DNA of 63,257 bases, counting the filler, from Octopus bimaculoides (Eukaryota), in assembly GCF_001194135.2 (NCBI RefSeq). It is 4 parts of 4 records of this genome, joined end to end, with 100 filler letters (N's around TTAATTAATTAA, not from the genome) between each part and the next. Parts side by side here need not be neighbours in the genome. Positions count along the whole stretch, not along the records: positions 1 to 21,875 come from NC_068982.1; 3 more parts are not named here. One strand, written 5' to 3'. The notes under the pieces are model-generated. The model worked only from the letters and a program-made list of their open reading frames with translations. It was not told the DNA's origin and ran no database searches. The translations under genes were made by a program, and so were the position numbers. Numbering within the stretch: the stretch's first letter is position 1; the number at the start of each line of letters is the position of its first letter. Of this stretch, positions 1 through 13,100 are shown one piece after another.

Positions 1-266
1 CTTGTGCGGGTGGCACATAAGATGCACCATTTTGAGCGTGGCCGTTGCCAGTATCGCCTGACTGGCCTTCGTGCAGGTGACACGTAAAAGCACCTACTAC
101 ACTCTCTGAGTGGTTGGCGTTAGGAAGGGCATCCAGCTGTAGAAACTCTGCCAAATTTAGATTGGAGCCTGGTGTTGCCATCCGGTTTCACCAGTCCTCA
201 GTCAAATCGTCCAACCCATGCTAGCATGGAAAGCGGACGTTAAACGATGATGATGATGATGATGAT
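1..266 (+). mobile_element. 5'-truncated copy of the RTE 3' UTR (family A) with (GAT)n tail
   Basis: Shares the block GGTTGGCGTTAGGAAGGGCATCCAGCTGTAGAAACTCTGCC...CCAACCCATGCTAGCATGGAAAGCGGACGTTAAACGATGATGAT with the RTE 3' end at 20044-20705 and many other copies. Confidence 0.9.
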
Positions 267-639
267 TGGAAAAAATAATAAGGTACTCAGATATCTGGAT
301 GGTTGTAGATTTTCAGAGTTTTATTAATATGTCACATGTTTTATAAATATTAGCGCTTGTACCTATTCTTGTAGGTTCTTCAAAATATGATTTCACTTCA
401 GAGGTATGTATATACTGTCTTTTACTGTCTTGTTCTCACTGTCCTGTTCTTGTTTACACTTTCACTCTCCGCAAAAAATTCCAAATTTTATTTAATTTCT
501 TTTGCGGGAAGGACTGTTCCAATGAAGTTGTGTAATGTCCTTGCCTTTGAAACGCGGAGTAGATGGAACAGGGACAACTGAAGAAGGGAAATATTCCTTA
601 TGTTGCATGCCTTGTTTCTCTGTTTGTTTTTTTCGTTGT

Positions 640-828
640 TCGAAAAAAAGTCCGTTTTCTGTCTTTGTCTTTATGTTTTCGTTTCTCATTGTGCTTAACG
701 TTTTTTGTGATGTCCTGTACCCATATATGCATGTATGTATACATATAGATGTAGGTATGTACATATATGTATGGATATATGCATATATTTATATATTATT
801 TATATTATATATATATATATATATATAC
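640..828. mobile_element. Arm of the long-TIR MITE family (same as 19120-19440), ending in (TA)n
   Basis: TTTTTTGTGATGTCCTGTACCCATATATGCAT...GTATGGATATATGCATATATT matches the right arm of the 19.1-19.4 kb element. Confidence 0.7.
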
Positions 829-1587
829 ATTATTTAAGTAAAACATTACTGAGTTTGATAGGTTTGTTGACTGGTTTAATATATGAAATATATTAAAATA
901 AATGAATAGTTCTACCGAATTTAACATTCAGTAATTCTAAACAACTTGGAGCCCAAATTGCCATAACTGAAGTATTCTCTGGCATTAGGTGTCAGTTATA
1001 GATTGCATGTATATCTTAGACAAAGTTTTCTTCTATGCAATGTATGATCACTTACAGAGGTGCTTCTTTTTCCTTTGAGAAAGAAGAATTGCATATTTTG
1101 AGCATTGTTGCTATTGTTTAACCCCGACCCCAATTAACCATGACTGAGTGGACCTATGATCAAAGACAATCCGGCTGTGACTGTCTTATTTTTTTAGAAG
1201 TATTTAAGAAACAATAATGGTGATCATGGTTAACATGAAAAAGTGAATCATGATGATGATGATGACAGTTACTATGACAATGTAAATGATTATGATAATG
1301 ATGATAGATTTTGGAATTAGCATAAGATATAAATAGTGTTGAAGATAATAATGAATCAAAGGTTAATTAATGATGTAATTAATTAATGATGTAAGAATAT
1401 TTAACTGATATTGTCATTAATTGTACAACAACTTGACAATAGTTATGTTGAAAACTCAATAAAATTAAAGATCAAGCTTCAGGATATAAAATTCTATATG
1501 AACAACTTTCTGTCTGTATCAGATATCAAATGTGAGTAGTTAAAGATCCATCAGTTAGGATAGCATGAAAGGAAGAAATTTGTAAGT

Positions 1588-2790
1588 CATCATCATTGTT
1601 TAATGTCTTCTTTCCATGCTGGCATGGGTTGAATGGTTTGACAGGTCCTGGCCAGGCGGGAGCCTGCGCCATGCTTCTGAGTGTGTTTTGGCATGGTTTT
1701 TATAGCTAGATGCCCTTCCTAGCACCAACCACTCTGTAGAGTGGGCTGAGTGCATTTTACATGGCACTCACATAGGCGAGGTCAGTTTCGGTGTAGTTTT
1801 TACAGCTGGATGCCGCGCTTCCAAATGCCAACCACTTTACAGTGTGGACTGGGTGCTTTTTAAATGGCACCTACACTGGTGGGGTCACCAAGTGACTTTG
1901 CAAGACAAAGAGTCTTTGAGAGAAGAGGGGGCAGTGGAGGAGGTGATCTTGTGTCAGATGATGAAAGATTAGAGAGTGGCAGAGAGGCAGAAACAGATGT
2001 CTTGCTGTAGAGGAGGTTCATGGTTAAACAGCCAGAGAGAGGGAGAAAGAGAAGGAGAAAAAGAGGAAGAAAAAGAGAATGAGGGTTAACAAAAATGAGG
2101 GCAGAAACAGTTACCTAGAGAGAGAGTGGGAATTAACAAGGTGTGCTGCTGTAAATGGTTATCTAGTCAGAGGTAAGAGCAAGGGAAGAAGGGAGAGAAA
2201 GGGTGATCAAGAATGAGGGCAGAAACAGGTTTGTTGTTGTAGAAGAGATACATGATTGCTCAGCCAGAGGGGAGAGCAAGGGAAAGAGAGAGAGAGTAGG
2301 AGACAGCAAGAGCAGGAGAGGCATGGCAGCAAGTGCCAGGGTATACTTGCAAGGAACAGGGATCAGGGTAAGGAAGAGGGAAATGAACTGTGGCAGGTGC
2401 TGGCAGGGTATTGCCAAGGAGTTGAGAGTGGGGGAGTGCAGCGACTGGAGAGAATTTGGGTATACAGAGGGGAGATGGGGAAAGCAGCGTTGCATGAGCA
2501 GGGTAGTGAGGACTAGGTTGGGGAGTGGGGCTGGAGAATGCTGTGACTGGTGGAAATCTGGGTATGTAGAGGGGTGGATGGGGGAAGCAATGATACAGTG
2601 AGCAGGGTAGCAAGGATTGGATTGGAGAGTGGGAGATAATCATAGTGTATGAAGAGGAAATGTGAGGAAGAGAAGATAAACACTTTGGGAAGGGAAGGAG
2701 GGATGTAGTTTGGTTTGTTGGGGTGGGGTATGTGAAAGTTTTATAGTGGGACACAACGCTTCTAGAACTCGGGTTCACTGACGTGGAGGC
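1588..2790 (-). mobile_element. Reverse-oriented family A-tailed element with a long purine-rich body and degenerate ~105-110 bp repeats
   Basis: CATCATCATT tail at 1588; two GATGCC...CCAACCACT blocks at ~1709 and ~1809; GA/G-rich body 1900-2780 with repeated GGGTAT..AGAGGGG..GATGGGG..AGC..TGAGCAGGGTAG units. Left boundary is clear, right boundary approximate. Confidence 0.55.
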
Positions 2791-4859
2791 GTCTTCTCTA
2801 GAACCTCATATCGCATAATTACATTTCCTATAAATGCATGATATACATAGTGACCATAACCATTACAACTGATAAATTTCATTAAATATTATAGAACTGC
2901 TATTTAACCTGTTATTTTCATAAAGCTAATCCAAGTTCATTAAAATAGAAACCACAAAATTATAAAGAGGCTACTTCAAGGCATTTTGTCCAGCATTTAA
3001 ATTAACAACAGTACATGCAAAATCAAAAGACACCAAGAGATGGCATGGCTTAACACAAACAATAATATAAGATAGTACAAAACATCACCCTCCACAAATA
3101 TATAAAATACAACATTTATTGCAAGCTTCAGTAGTCAGCTGGACTACAATAGCTATAATATTAAAATGCTGGACTATTAACTATATGGATATTCTGTTGC
3201 ATCTCTGAGCAAGGCACCTAACTCAACTTTCTCTAATTCGTCTGACCTAAACAATCAATAGATTCAACTATCTTTCTTCACAGCTAAGTGGTAAGCGTAA
3301 AGAAGGATATTATCCAATTGTGAAAAAAAAGAAAGGTCCCAAAATAAACAGCAAAAAAATGAGGTGGAATCATTCTATAATCAAATAAAACAACGACAAA
3401 CAAGCCAATGATGAAACTTGGTAGAAATATTAACCAAACCTCTCTTAAATCAAACCCTACTTCTCTTTTTTTTTTAAAAATGGAGGGTAATATTGTTGTG
3501 GAAATACTTTGTCTTTACTGTCTAGGACTAAACAAAACAAAACAACAACCATCACTATTACTAAGGATTTTAGCCAACATTACTAATGAGTCAACAATAG
3601 AATCAGTGAAGCCAATAAGAGAACTTGTATATGGTCACACAACTTGCAAGAAACCATGGCCAAATCTCCCTCAAATCACACTGACACCTTTAAAAGGGAA
3701 AAGCTATACTGGATAATGTAGCCATGGAAACCTAACTGAAAACAAGACAGTACAAACAAGTTATGTCTTTCTTTGATCATAGAACAACTTAACCAAAGCT
3801 GACCTGCAACAAAACAACAACTATAACCACTATTTCTATACTTTCACAAACTCAGGATACGAAAGAGTTCTCTCTCTCTCTCTCTCTCTCTCTCAAAGAT
3901 GGACTCAACACATCAGAAAATTCTACCAATGACATACAAACTTACAAAAAAAACTTTATACTATAGCCACTAACACTATCCTAAGAATATATATACTAAC
4001 TACTATAACAACTAATTCTATCAGAGCTATTTTTTTGTTTCTTAAATTTTTTTATGCTAATCTTCAGAAGCTGTTTTGCTTTAAAACTTGTTTTATTGAT
4101 TAAAACTTACTTTTAAATTAATTATTAGGTGGTTCATATTAAAAAGCTTTAAGTTCCTATCAAATTGTGTCCATGTCTATCTGAGAGTGTATCTAAAAGA
4201 AGTTCATTCAATATACAGGCAATTATGTACTTATCAACAAAACACTGATTCACATATACTCTGTTTCCTCTTTAAACTTTTTCTATTTCTACAACATCCT
4301 CTGTTCCTCTCAATTAGTCTGCATATTACCTCCACTCAGACTTATTTACCATCCATTTCTGATCTTTCTAACATATCTATAACTCACCTTTCAGACCCTA
4401 TACTCCATCTAGTCATTCCCTCAAGACTGTAACTATTCAGAATTCCATCCCAGCAAACATTGATGTTTAGATGTTCAAACTGAACTACCAGCCACATCAA
4501 TCTCACCAATCTTGGAGACCTGTACCACTGCCCTTCTCTTTCTTATAAAAACATGATCTGGTTTTCATTGTGTCCAACCATCCCCATACAAGTACATCTT
4601 GTACCGGTACTACACAGAATTAATTAGACTATTTGTTGTACATCACCACCATCAACTCCTCCTCCTCCTCTTCCATATCTTTCAATTTAATAGCTGATTT
4701 TCCATACCAGAAAGTGATGAACAGGCTTGTAGTATAGTAAATCCCTACTCAACCCCATCTTGCAGCATTTTGTTTGTGAGGTACAACATCTAAAGATCTG
4801 ACTTTATCTTTTCTATCTATGTCTAATGGAGTCGCTTTCCGCAAGTAGCTTCAATGTTG

Positions 4860-5030
4860 TCACCTGACCTGTGAGAATAGCAACCAAATCTCCTTCAAGT
4901 TACACCCTATCATCTTAAAAAAAAATTAAGGAAACGTTAGATAATTTAATCTAGGTATTCTTAAAAAACTAGACCAGTTGGAATGTGTTTGATCATAATC
5001 TGTTGGATCAGGGCTGAGCAGGAACAAAAC
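4860..5030 (+). repeat. Old dispersed repeat (family F), one of several decayed copies
   Basis: CACYTGACCTG..AGAAATAGCA.CCAAATCTCC.TCAA.TCACAC motif recurs at ~3655-3725 and ~11598-11670 (+) and inverted at ~7180-7440, ~9790-9960 and ~12250-12370. Confidence 0.55.
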
Positions 5031-5796
5031 AATTGTCAGTACACCACATTTTATCATCTGGCACTTATAATGTATACACAAGTTTATACCAACAGTCATC
5101 TCTCCCGCACACATCATTTCATGTCATTAATACTCAGCCATTCCTTAAACTCACTCAATTTCCATCATTCATATAAGTTAACATTAACATAACAATAATA
5201 CACAATCAACAACAAAAGCATCTAAGAGAGAAATCCACAGAAACAGCTGAATAAAAACAGACTGATCTAATTAACTGACAATATCCTAACAATCAGATTA
5301 AACAGAGTTTAATAGGATTATCATCACAACTTGGTACAGATTCAGTCATAGTACTGCACTATTTTCAGAAGGACCCTAACCCTAAATTGTGAGGTTGTGA
5401 AGAGGGTAATTTGAGCAACAAATAGTACATGTATCTTGTGGAAAGTACTACTGGATACTGTGAATAGAGGTGCTTCATTCATTCATTCATTTTATATCCA
5501 TTTTCCATGCTAGTATGAGTTAAATGAATATATATTACCAAGGCATTGTTTTACAGTAAGATGTTCTTCTTGTAGTTACCTTACCTGATTTTCAAGTAAA
5601 AGATTTTTCATTCCAGTTGCCTTTAAAAGCAAAACGCTAGCAGATAATTTGTTGACAGGAAATTGTCAACAAACTATGGTTAGTATTTATGGGTACTGAT
5701 ATCAGTAGCTATATCATGGTCAGTAATAATGGGTGCCATTACTAGTAATTGGGAGACAGAGTCAATTGTTGCTGGGTTAACCTGTCTTTTCAATGT

Positions 5797-6512
5797 CTTT
5801 AACCCTTTCACTAACATATTTCTAATGTGCTTTAATTAATTTTTAAAATATTCAAGAATTTGAAGGAATTTAGCAAAATGTTTAATTAATTTAGCATAAT
5901 TAATTTGCCTCAGGTTATGCTGTACTGATGATTTCAAACAAGGATGAAATAGTGCTATACATGGATACCAACAACTCAAAATTTTAATATCTTTATAATG
6001 TGTAAGAAAAAAAAAACAAATTTAAAATTCTGTGCACCTATTTTCTCCTGATTTAAAATTCAAAATTCCAATTCCACATTAACTTAATCTAGAAGGGATT
6101 GTCTCCACTATTATGGCTGACTACCAAGGGCAAAACACATATGATAATAAAATAACTTTGTCATTATTAAGCTGGGAGTTATATAACATAAAAAAAAAGA
6201 TTCTTACTTGAAATTATGATTGAATTTTTGATACCAACCTGCCCAAGACAACCCCTGCTTCCTGTTTTAAAGTGATCAAAATTAAAACCTTTCATCAAAA
6301 TTTCATGTTAATTTATGACCCTAACACCAGCTTAATAATGACAAAGCTATTTTAATAAAGTTTTCATTACTTTCAAAATTATTTGAGTCACAAGCAGTGT
6401 GTTTTAACAGAAATATAGTAATGAAAGGTTTAAATATAAACTCTATAACAGGATGTGAGTTGTAATAGTGAACTAAGGATGGCCTCAAGTAGATAAGTAA
6501 CAAAAGGGTTAA
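5797..6512. mobile_element. Fragments of a TTAA-ended (piggyBac-like) non-autonomous element
   Basis: TTAACCCTTT at ~5798; inverted ends AAAGGTTTAA (~6426) and AAAGGGTTAA (~6503); 19-bp inverted repeat TTTGTCATTATTAAGCTGG (6157) / CCAGCTTAATAATGACAAA (6326). Confidence 0.45.
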
Positions 6513-8857
6513 CAGAGTCTATTCAGTTGCAAACATTTGGATCAGATTTCCAATTTGAGAACATCAAGATTTTCCTTCCTTCTCCCCACTAATCACAGAA
6601 GGCCTGCGAAAAGTTCATAGATGCTGCTCTTCCTCCTCTTCTGACTATGCTGTTAATGGATAGTGATGTGAATGCATTGGCTACTATGGTGAACGGTTGT
6701 AGTAATGATGTGTAATCAATAACAGTGGGAATCATAAATAGATTGTTGTCAAGAAGGAGACAATGAAGTAAGTCAGTAATAGCTGAACTAATCGGAGGCT
6801 ATTCTATACTAGAGTATAGAAACAAAGGTGTTGTTGATGATGATGATGGAGATGATGATGATGATTTAGCTACAATATTAACTGTTGGAAGAAAGATTTA
6901 GTGAGCAACAAAGTTGAAGAGGGTAGTTAACAATTGTCAGGTAACAAAATATTACACAACTAAGATAATCAATGATGAACCACCATCCTCTATTCTTCAA
7001 TGTAGAGGAAGATAATGTGAACTGACCCTTTGCTTTACAAATGTTTCCACATTAGCAGCCATTAGTGTATTCTGTGTCTAGTCTTAGTACCAGTCATTTC
7101 AATTTGCTTATTATTCTGTTGACCAGCATAATTATTTCAGATCTTTCTAAATTGATGCCTCAAGATAACTAAGTAAAAATGTTATTGTTTAACCCCAACT
7201 GTCCTGATTGAGTTGATCTATGATTACATTGTCCAGTGTGCCCTTATTATTTAATCCCACTACAACTCCAATCAAGCAGACTCATGATCAAAGCAATTTG
7301 CCACAACCATCTAGTCTCTTTTTATTACATTCAGAACTACATTTTGCAATATATGCCTTCTATTTCTAAGATGGTCAAGTGTAATCTGAAGGTGATTTAA
7401 CTGATGTTTCTAGTAGGTTGAGTGACTATATAGAGGCTTCATCAGTAGCTTGGGCTGACCTAGTGGCTAATTTTTATAGTTGCAGGTTAGGTGCAGTAAA
7501 GGCGTTTCAGAGAAATGAAAGAAATGTAATAGTGAAATGAAATGTGAGTAGAAGACAAATACACGGAATAGGTTTAAATGGAGATAGCAGAGAGTTAAGA
7601 AGTTCAGTGGAACAAAGGCCATTGTTGTAACAGTTAAATTAAAGTCATCAAACATAATGAAGAGAGAGAGGGGAAATCTAATTAATTAATAATACTTATG
7701 TAGTGCGAAGAAAACATTAGCTTAATAACTAACATGTTACTGTACATCAATATAGTGATTATTTTAATACTGAATTGGCAAATACAAAGACGTCTGTACT
7801 CAAATAATGAATAAGACTCTAACATGTCTAGAATTGTCACCCATACTTTGCAAAAAAATTAGATTAAAATAATATTACACATTAAGCCATTTTCCTTTAA
7901 TCATTACTTGAGATAGCAGTAGTTAAGGAAGGAGACACAGCTGGATGGTAGCTACAAAAATAGAGAATATGTATGTGGGAGCAGTTTTCTCTCAGATTGT
8001 AGTCCACTTTGTAGGTTAATGTAATGACTACAACATGTCATGAAAGAAGGAAGAAATTTATTAAGATGTGACAGTGACAAAATTGAGATTTTTACTACAA
8101 TTAGTTCACTATTAGGTTTTATGAACAACAATTTTGATTAATTCCAACAAATTATTTTAACAAAGAAATCTATTAAGTATCTCTATTTAATAATAACTGA
8201 AATTCTGAGACCTAACATTTATATGAAGTGAGACAAGGTGAGAAGAACAGTGAAGTCATATAAAGCCAATCTACTAGTGGTATGAATTGTCTTTACTCTT
8301 AAAAGATGGAAGACCAAAACAATCAATAAAGTCCAGTGTCCTACAAAACTGCCAAAGGAGATAGGGAACTGTTATTCCTTTTCTGAGCTAACACAAATAA
8401 AAACACAAATGATGATGGTGGTGGTGGTGGTGGTGGTTGTGGTGGTGGCAGCGGCAGCAGTGGTGCTGCTGCTGACAAAGCCAAATGATGGTGATGTGAT
8501 TGGTTTGTTGTTAAAATACTTCTCTATATTGTTGGTACCTCACTAGAACATTCACCTAATTACTCTATGAAATCTGAATAAATGATTAACTAATTCTTTT
8601 ATCAATTAGTTTTTAATTAGCTTCAATGATTATAAATAATCATTAAACAAATGATTCGCTTTATTTTCAATATATGCAAGGCACAGGTTTGACTATGATT
8701 AAGAAGATTTTCTTTCCAACCACATGATTTCAACCTCACTGATTGGTACCTTGAGCAAATTTTTTCTACTGCAGCCTCAGGTCAATCAATCAAAGCTTCA
8801 TGAGTGAATTTGGAAGATGGAAACTAAAAGAAGCCTGTTGTACAGTCATGCCCACAA

Positions 8858-8995
8858 GTATGGCAGTGTGGGTAAGAAGTTTGCTTCCCAAACGTGATCT
8901 CAGGTTCAATCTCACTATGCAGCATTTTAGGCAAGTGTCTTCTACTATAGCCTCCGCAGGCCAACCAAAGTTTTGTGAGCGGAAATTGTCAGAAA

Positions 8996-9030
<35 letters not shown>

Positions 9031-9270
9031 TGTGTGTGTGTGCATGCGTGCACCCTTGTCTTCAATTCATGTGATAGTTGTAAATGAACATCAATGTCAT
9101 TCAAGAAATGTTGTCTGATTTCAGTCTTCCATGAGAAAAACTCGTCTGGCCATGAGGAAATATTGCCTTGCATGGAAACAGGTGAGAGTTGGCAACTTGA
9201 AGGGCATCTGACTGTAGAAAATCTACCTTGACAAAATTCTGGCTAACCAATGCAAGCATGGATTATGATG
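8858..9270 (+). mobile_element. SINE with a family B tRNA-like head and an RTE-like 3' tail
   Basis: Head GGCAGTGTGGGTAAGAAGTTTGCTTCCCAA...GGTTCAATCTCAC, then GGCAAGTGTCTTCTACTATAGCC, a (GT)n run, and tail GAAGGGCATC..CTGTAGAAA...CCAATGCAAGCATGGATTATGATGA. Confidence 0.65.
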
Positions 9271-10289
9271 ATATATTGTGTGTCTGTTTGTGTGAGTTCA
9301 TATTTCCCCTCATCGTCACATCTGTTATTTGTAAACAATGGCTTTGCAAGCAAACAGTGTAATTTGCTTGCAATCAACTACAAAAGCGTGTCCAAGTTTC
9401 TTGATATGTCTTGACATGTTGCACAATCTTTATAAACAAAAAGCTCATTCAATTGGCATCATTTGTTTCCAATTCTCCATGTAACGATGCCCAAGCTGCT
9501 TGCTGGACACATGTTTGCAGGTGTTGACATCAGGAAGGACAAGCATCTGGCCACATAGAAACTCTGCCAGCTTACTCTCATCTGACCCATGCAAGCACAG
9601 AAAAGGACATTATGAAGATGATGATGACGATGACAAAGAAATAGTTGCCTTGTAACAATGTTAGAATTCAAACCAAATGTCTAAGAATTTGGTAATTTCT
9701 AGACATTGGAGTTTACCAAATGTTTAATGTCTAGATGCAGTCAGACATGCAACATAAAAACCTGGTCAATAGTACAAGTGTAATTTAAGAATTTCATCCC
9801 AGGTCAAGTACATCTATGATCAAAAACATTCCAATCATGACCAGCCCTCTTTTTGTGTATTTAGGAATATATTATCTAATGTATCCTTCTCCTTTTCAAA
9901 GATGGTAGACTGTGATTTGAGGGATATCCCAATGCTATTTCTAAAAGTCAACCAACTATAAGAGAGTCCTTCATTGGCAGTTTACAGTTCTGTGGTGTGA
10001 AAAAGTTAGCTTGCAAATAACATACCCTAACTGTAAATAGGTACAATAGAGTAGAAAGAGAAATAAAGAGTAGTTGTCTTAAACATTATGTACAAAATCT
10101 GAACAATAAAATCTTGTGATCTATGAAGCAATACACAGTTTACAAATTAATGTAAATACCTGTAGTTTAAGACCAATATTTCTAACACTTGACACCATCT
10201 TAAATCCATTAAATAGTGACAACAAATATCAACAAGTGAAATAAAAGTGGTTGCCTGACCTTTCAAGGAAAAATAGTATCCCTCATTTG

Positions 10290-10678
10290 TAGTCTACTAT
10301 GGGTGCTTAGCAAAAAGCTAGAATCCAAGTTAGATGGAACTTACACCTGAATGTTAAGAGCCGTCTTAAACATATCATGGAGAACTCATTCCACAAAGAA
10401 ACAGCTGCACAGAGATCTCATGCCTAATTCCACCATTATAAGGAAACGGTGCTTGTGCTTTGCAGGACATTGCTGGCAAGCTGAACAAGAGCTGGAAAGT
10501 GATCCAGTGTTATGGATACCAAAGCATGACCATACTTGAGCTGGCTGTCTGAACATAATATATGTAGATCAGCTCACCAGAGACATTAGATGCCTCCTTG
10601 AAGACCTCCCTCAGCTAATGCAAGACTGAGATGGATGGCATGCACAAGTTAAAAATGTCCACCAGATGATGATGAACT
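10290..10678 (+). mobile_element. Decayed 3' end of an RTE/RTEX-type LINE
   Basis: Translation KKLESKLDGTYT*MLRAVLNISWRTH..KKQL...FAGHCWQ....L.W.P, then YVDQLTRD, ending in GATGATGATGAAC; typical RT C-terminus of the RTE group. Confidence 0.75.
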
Positions 10679-10781
10679 ATGGAGAGGGAGGAGGGTAATA
10701 ACTGTGCAAAAGACGGCAACATAAGGAAAAAGAAATAGATGTAGTCAGGGATAAAAAACTAGATTTGCTCCTGGTACCCAC

Positions 10782-11098
10782 TATCTTTCATCTTTTACTT
10801 GTTTCAGTCAGTGGACTACGGCCATGCAGAGGGACCACTTTGAAGGGTTTTAGTCGAATGAATTGATCTTAGTACTTATTTTTATAAGCCTGGTACTTGT
10901 TCTGTCAGTCTCTTTTGCTGAACCACTAAGTTACAGGTACATATACAATCCAAAGCTGGTTCTCAAGTGGTGATGGGGGATAAACACGAACATAAAGACA
11001 CACACACACATTTAAATGATGGGCTCCTTTCAGTTTCTGTCTACCAAATCCACTCACAAAGCTTTGGTCAACCCTGGGCTATAGCAGAAGTACTTGTA
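10782..11098 (-). mobile_element. tRNA-derived SINE family B, partial
   Basis: Tail TCTTTTACTTGTTTCAGTC.. and body TTTCAGTTTCTGTCTACCAAATCCACTCACAAAGCTTTGG; matches 43877-44252 in reverse. Confidence 0.85.
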
Positions 11099-11963
11099 GA
11101 ATAATAGAATAATACTACATTTGTATAACCAGTGTCACAACATTATAACATTAACAGAAACAACTTACTATAAACAGTGAAACGTTTAACACTACTAAGA
11201 TATAGAACAGCCACAGTATAATACATCTATGCTTTAACCAGTCTACAGTATAAGTCTAGAATGTTATAATCACTGAATACTATAAAATTATTATGGTATA
11301 ACACAACTAATTTGCTGCTAAAGCTCAGACTTACAACTAAGTCCCATATAAAATTTCAGAATTGTCTCCCCTATCTTTTTGACTAGAATTGACCATTAGA
11401 TAATTACTGTTTTCATGACTAAGGTTGTCTGTTTTATATTTCTTGACTTACTACATAAGATATGCTAATGTCTACTTTACCATTTGAGTCAACATATAAC
11501 ATCACAGTATAACAATATATATTATATACATAGTCAACACTGTAGCATAATACAACCATAATAATACGACTGTGGTACAAAGCACCCACTATATAGGCAC
11601 TTGACCTGCTAGAAATAGCAGCTAAATCTTTTTTTAGATCAAACTTTACTGTCTTAAAAACAGGACACATTGAAGCATTTCACTTTATTTAATCCAAATA
11701 AATGATTAACTAATTCCTTTATTAATTAGCACTTAATTAGTTCCAAAACTTATCAATAATCATTAAACTAAATTAACATATACAAACAAATAGTTGTTAC
11801 AGTAGTTGTTTTACTATGTCAAAATTCTAAATAAAGATATCATCTGAGACTACCATTTGTCCAGATATGGTTAAGCAACGTAACAAAACAAAAAAAAAAA
11901 CTGGTCAATAATTTATTATAAATACAATTGCTGTTTAACATCAGACCAGCTCTGATTACATCA

Positions 11964-11964
11964 G

Positions 11965-12044
<80 letters not shown>

Positions 12045-12190
12045 AAATAGTAAATGAGTATATGCATATATACGTACAGGTATGTGCATACCGACATCCA
12101 CCTGTATGTATAGGTGCATATCTGGGTACAGGACATTGCAAACAAAACAGAGACGAGAAAACACACAAGCCACATAGAGAACATTCTACT
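11964..12190. mobile_element. (TA)n microsatellite followed by an arm of the long-TIR MITE family
   Basis: (TA)n at 11964-12040, then ...GCATATCTGGGTACAGGACATTGCAAAC.., which matches the left arm at 19120-19215. Confidence 0.6.
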
Positions 12191-12671
12191 TCATCAGCTA
12201 CCTCCGTTTTAACACCGGCGTTTAAACACACACACATACATACATACATAATCAATGACATTCCAGCCATTGCTGAATATACTGTCCGATGTGTTCTCTT
12301 TTTCAAGATGGCAGGATGTGATCTATAACAGATATTTGGCTGCTTTTTCTAGAAGACCAAGTGACCAAGAAGAAGCACCCTCAGTGGCTCATGGTCAGCA
12401 GTTTACAGTTTTTATGGTGTGATCAAGATATATAACTTACAAATGATTTAGTCCTACTAATTGGAAGAAGGTAGGAACAATTTAACACTTTCACCAATGA
12501 TAGCACTATAAAAGTGTCTAGTCTCCTTTGTTTGCTGTAATGAGTTCAGCTCCTCCTGTACATAGCATAGCTTGGTGAGGAATAAGCCCCATCAAGCTGA
12601 CTTATTCACGACACATGACAAGATTAAACTTTCAGTGGCACCTCTACAAGTGAATCAATTAAAGAATACAC

Positions 12672-13100
12672 TATCTTTTATCTTTTATTTGTTTCAGTCA
12701 TTAGACTGAGGCCATGCTGGGGCACCACCTTGAAGAATTTTTAGTCAAATGAACCACCCCAAATACTCAGCATTTTTTTTTTTTTTTAGCCTGGCACTAA
12801 TTTAACAAGTCTCCTTTGCTAAACTATCAAGTTATAGGGACATAAACACACCAACACAAGTGATGATGGGGGACAGACATAGGCACAAAGACAAACACAT
12901 AGACACACACATATATATACATACATATACATATACATTATGGGCTTCTCTCAGTTTCCATCTACCAAATCCACACATAAGGCATTGGTCAGCTCAAGGT
13001 TATAGAAGACATCTGCCCAAGGTGCCACGCACCAGGACTGAACATGGAACCATGTGGGTGGAAAGTAAATTTCTTATCACACAACCACACCTGTGCCTAT
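12672..13100 (-). mobile_element. tRNA-derived SINE family B, near full length
   Basis: Full reverse match, head to tail, to 43877-44252 including GGACTGAAC (B box) and CCACACCTGTGCCTAT. Confidence 0.9.

Noticed and set aside
2163-2778. Several overlapping 86-172 aa ORFs
   Set aside because: Products of purine/pyrimidine-skewed repeat sequence in which stops are rare; no domain similarity recognised.
5915-5965. Hammerhead ribozyme core (CTGATGA...GAAA)
   Set aside because: Stem II is weak and lacks the conserved G-C closing pair, and flanking stems I and III do not pair convincingly. Other CTGATGA hits (17476, 18347, 23876, 47381, 58066) also lack a correctly placed stem plus GAAA.
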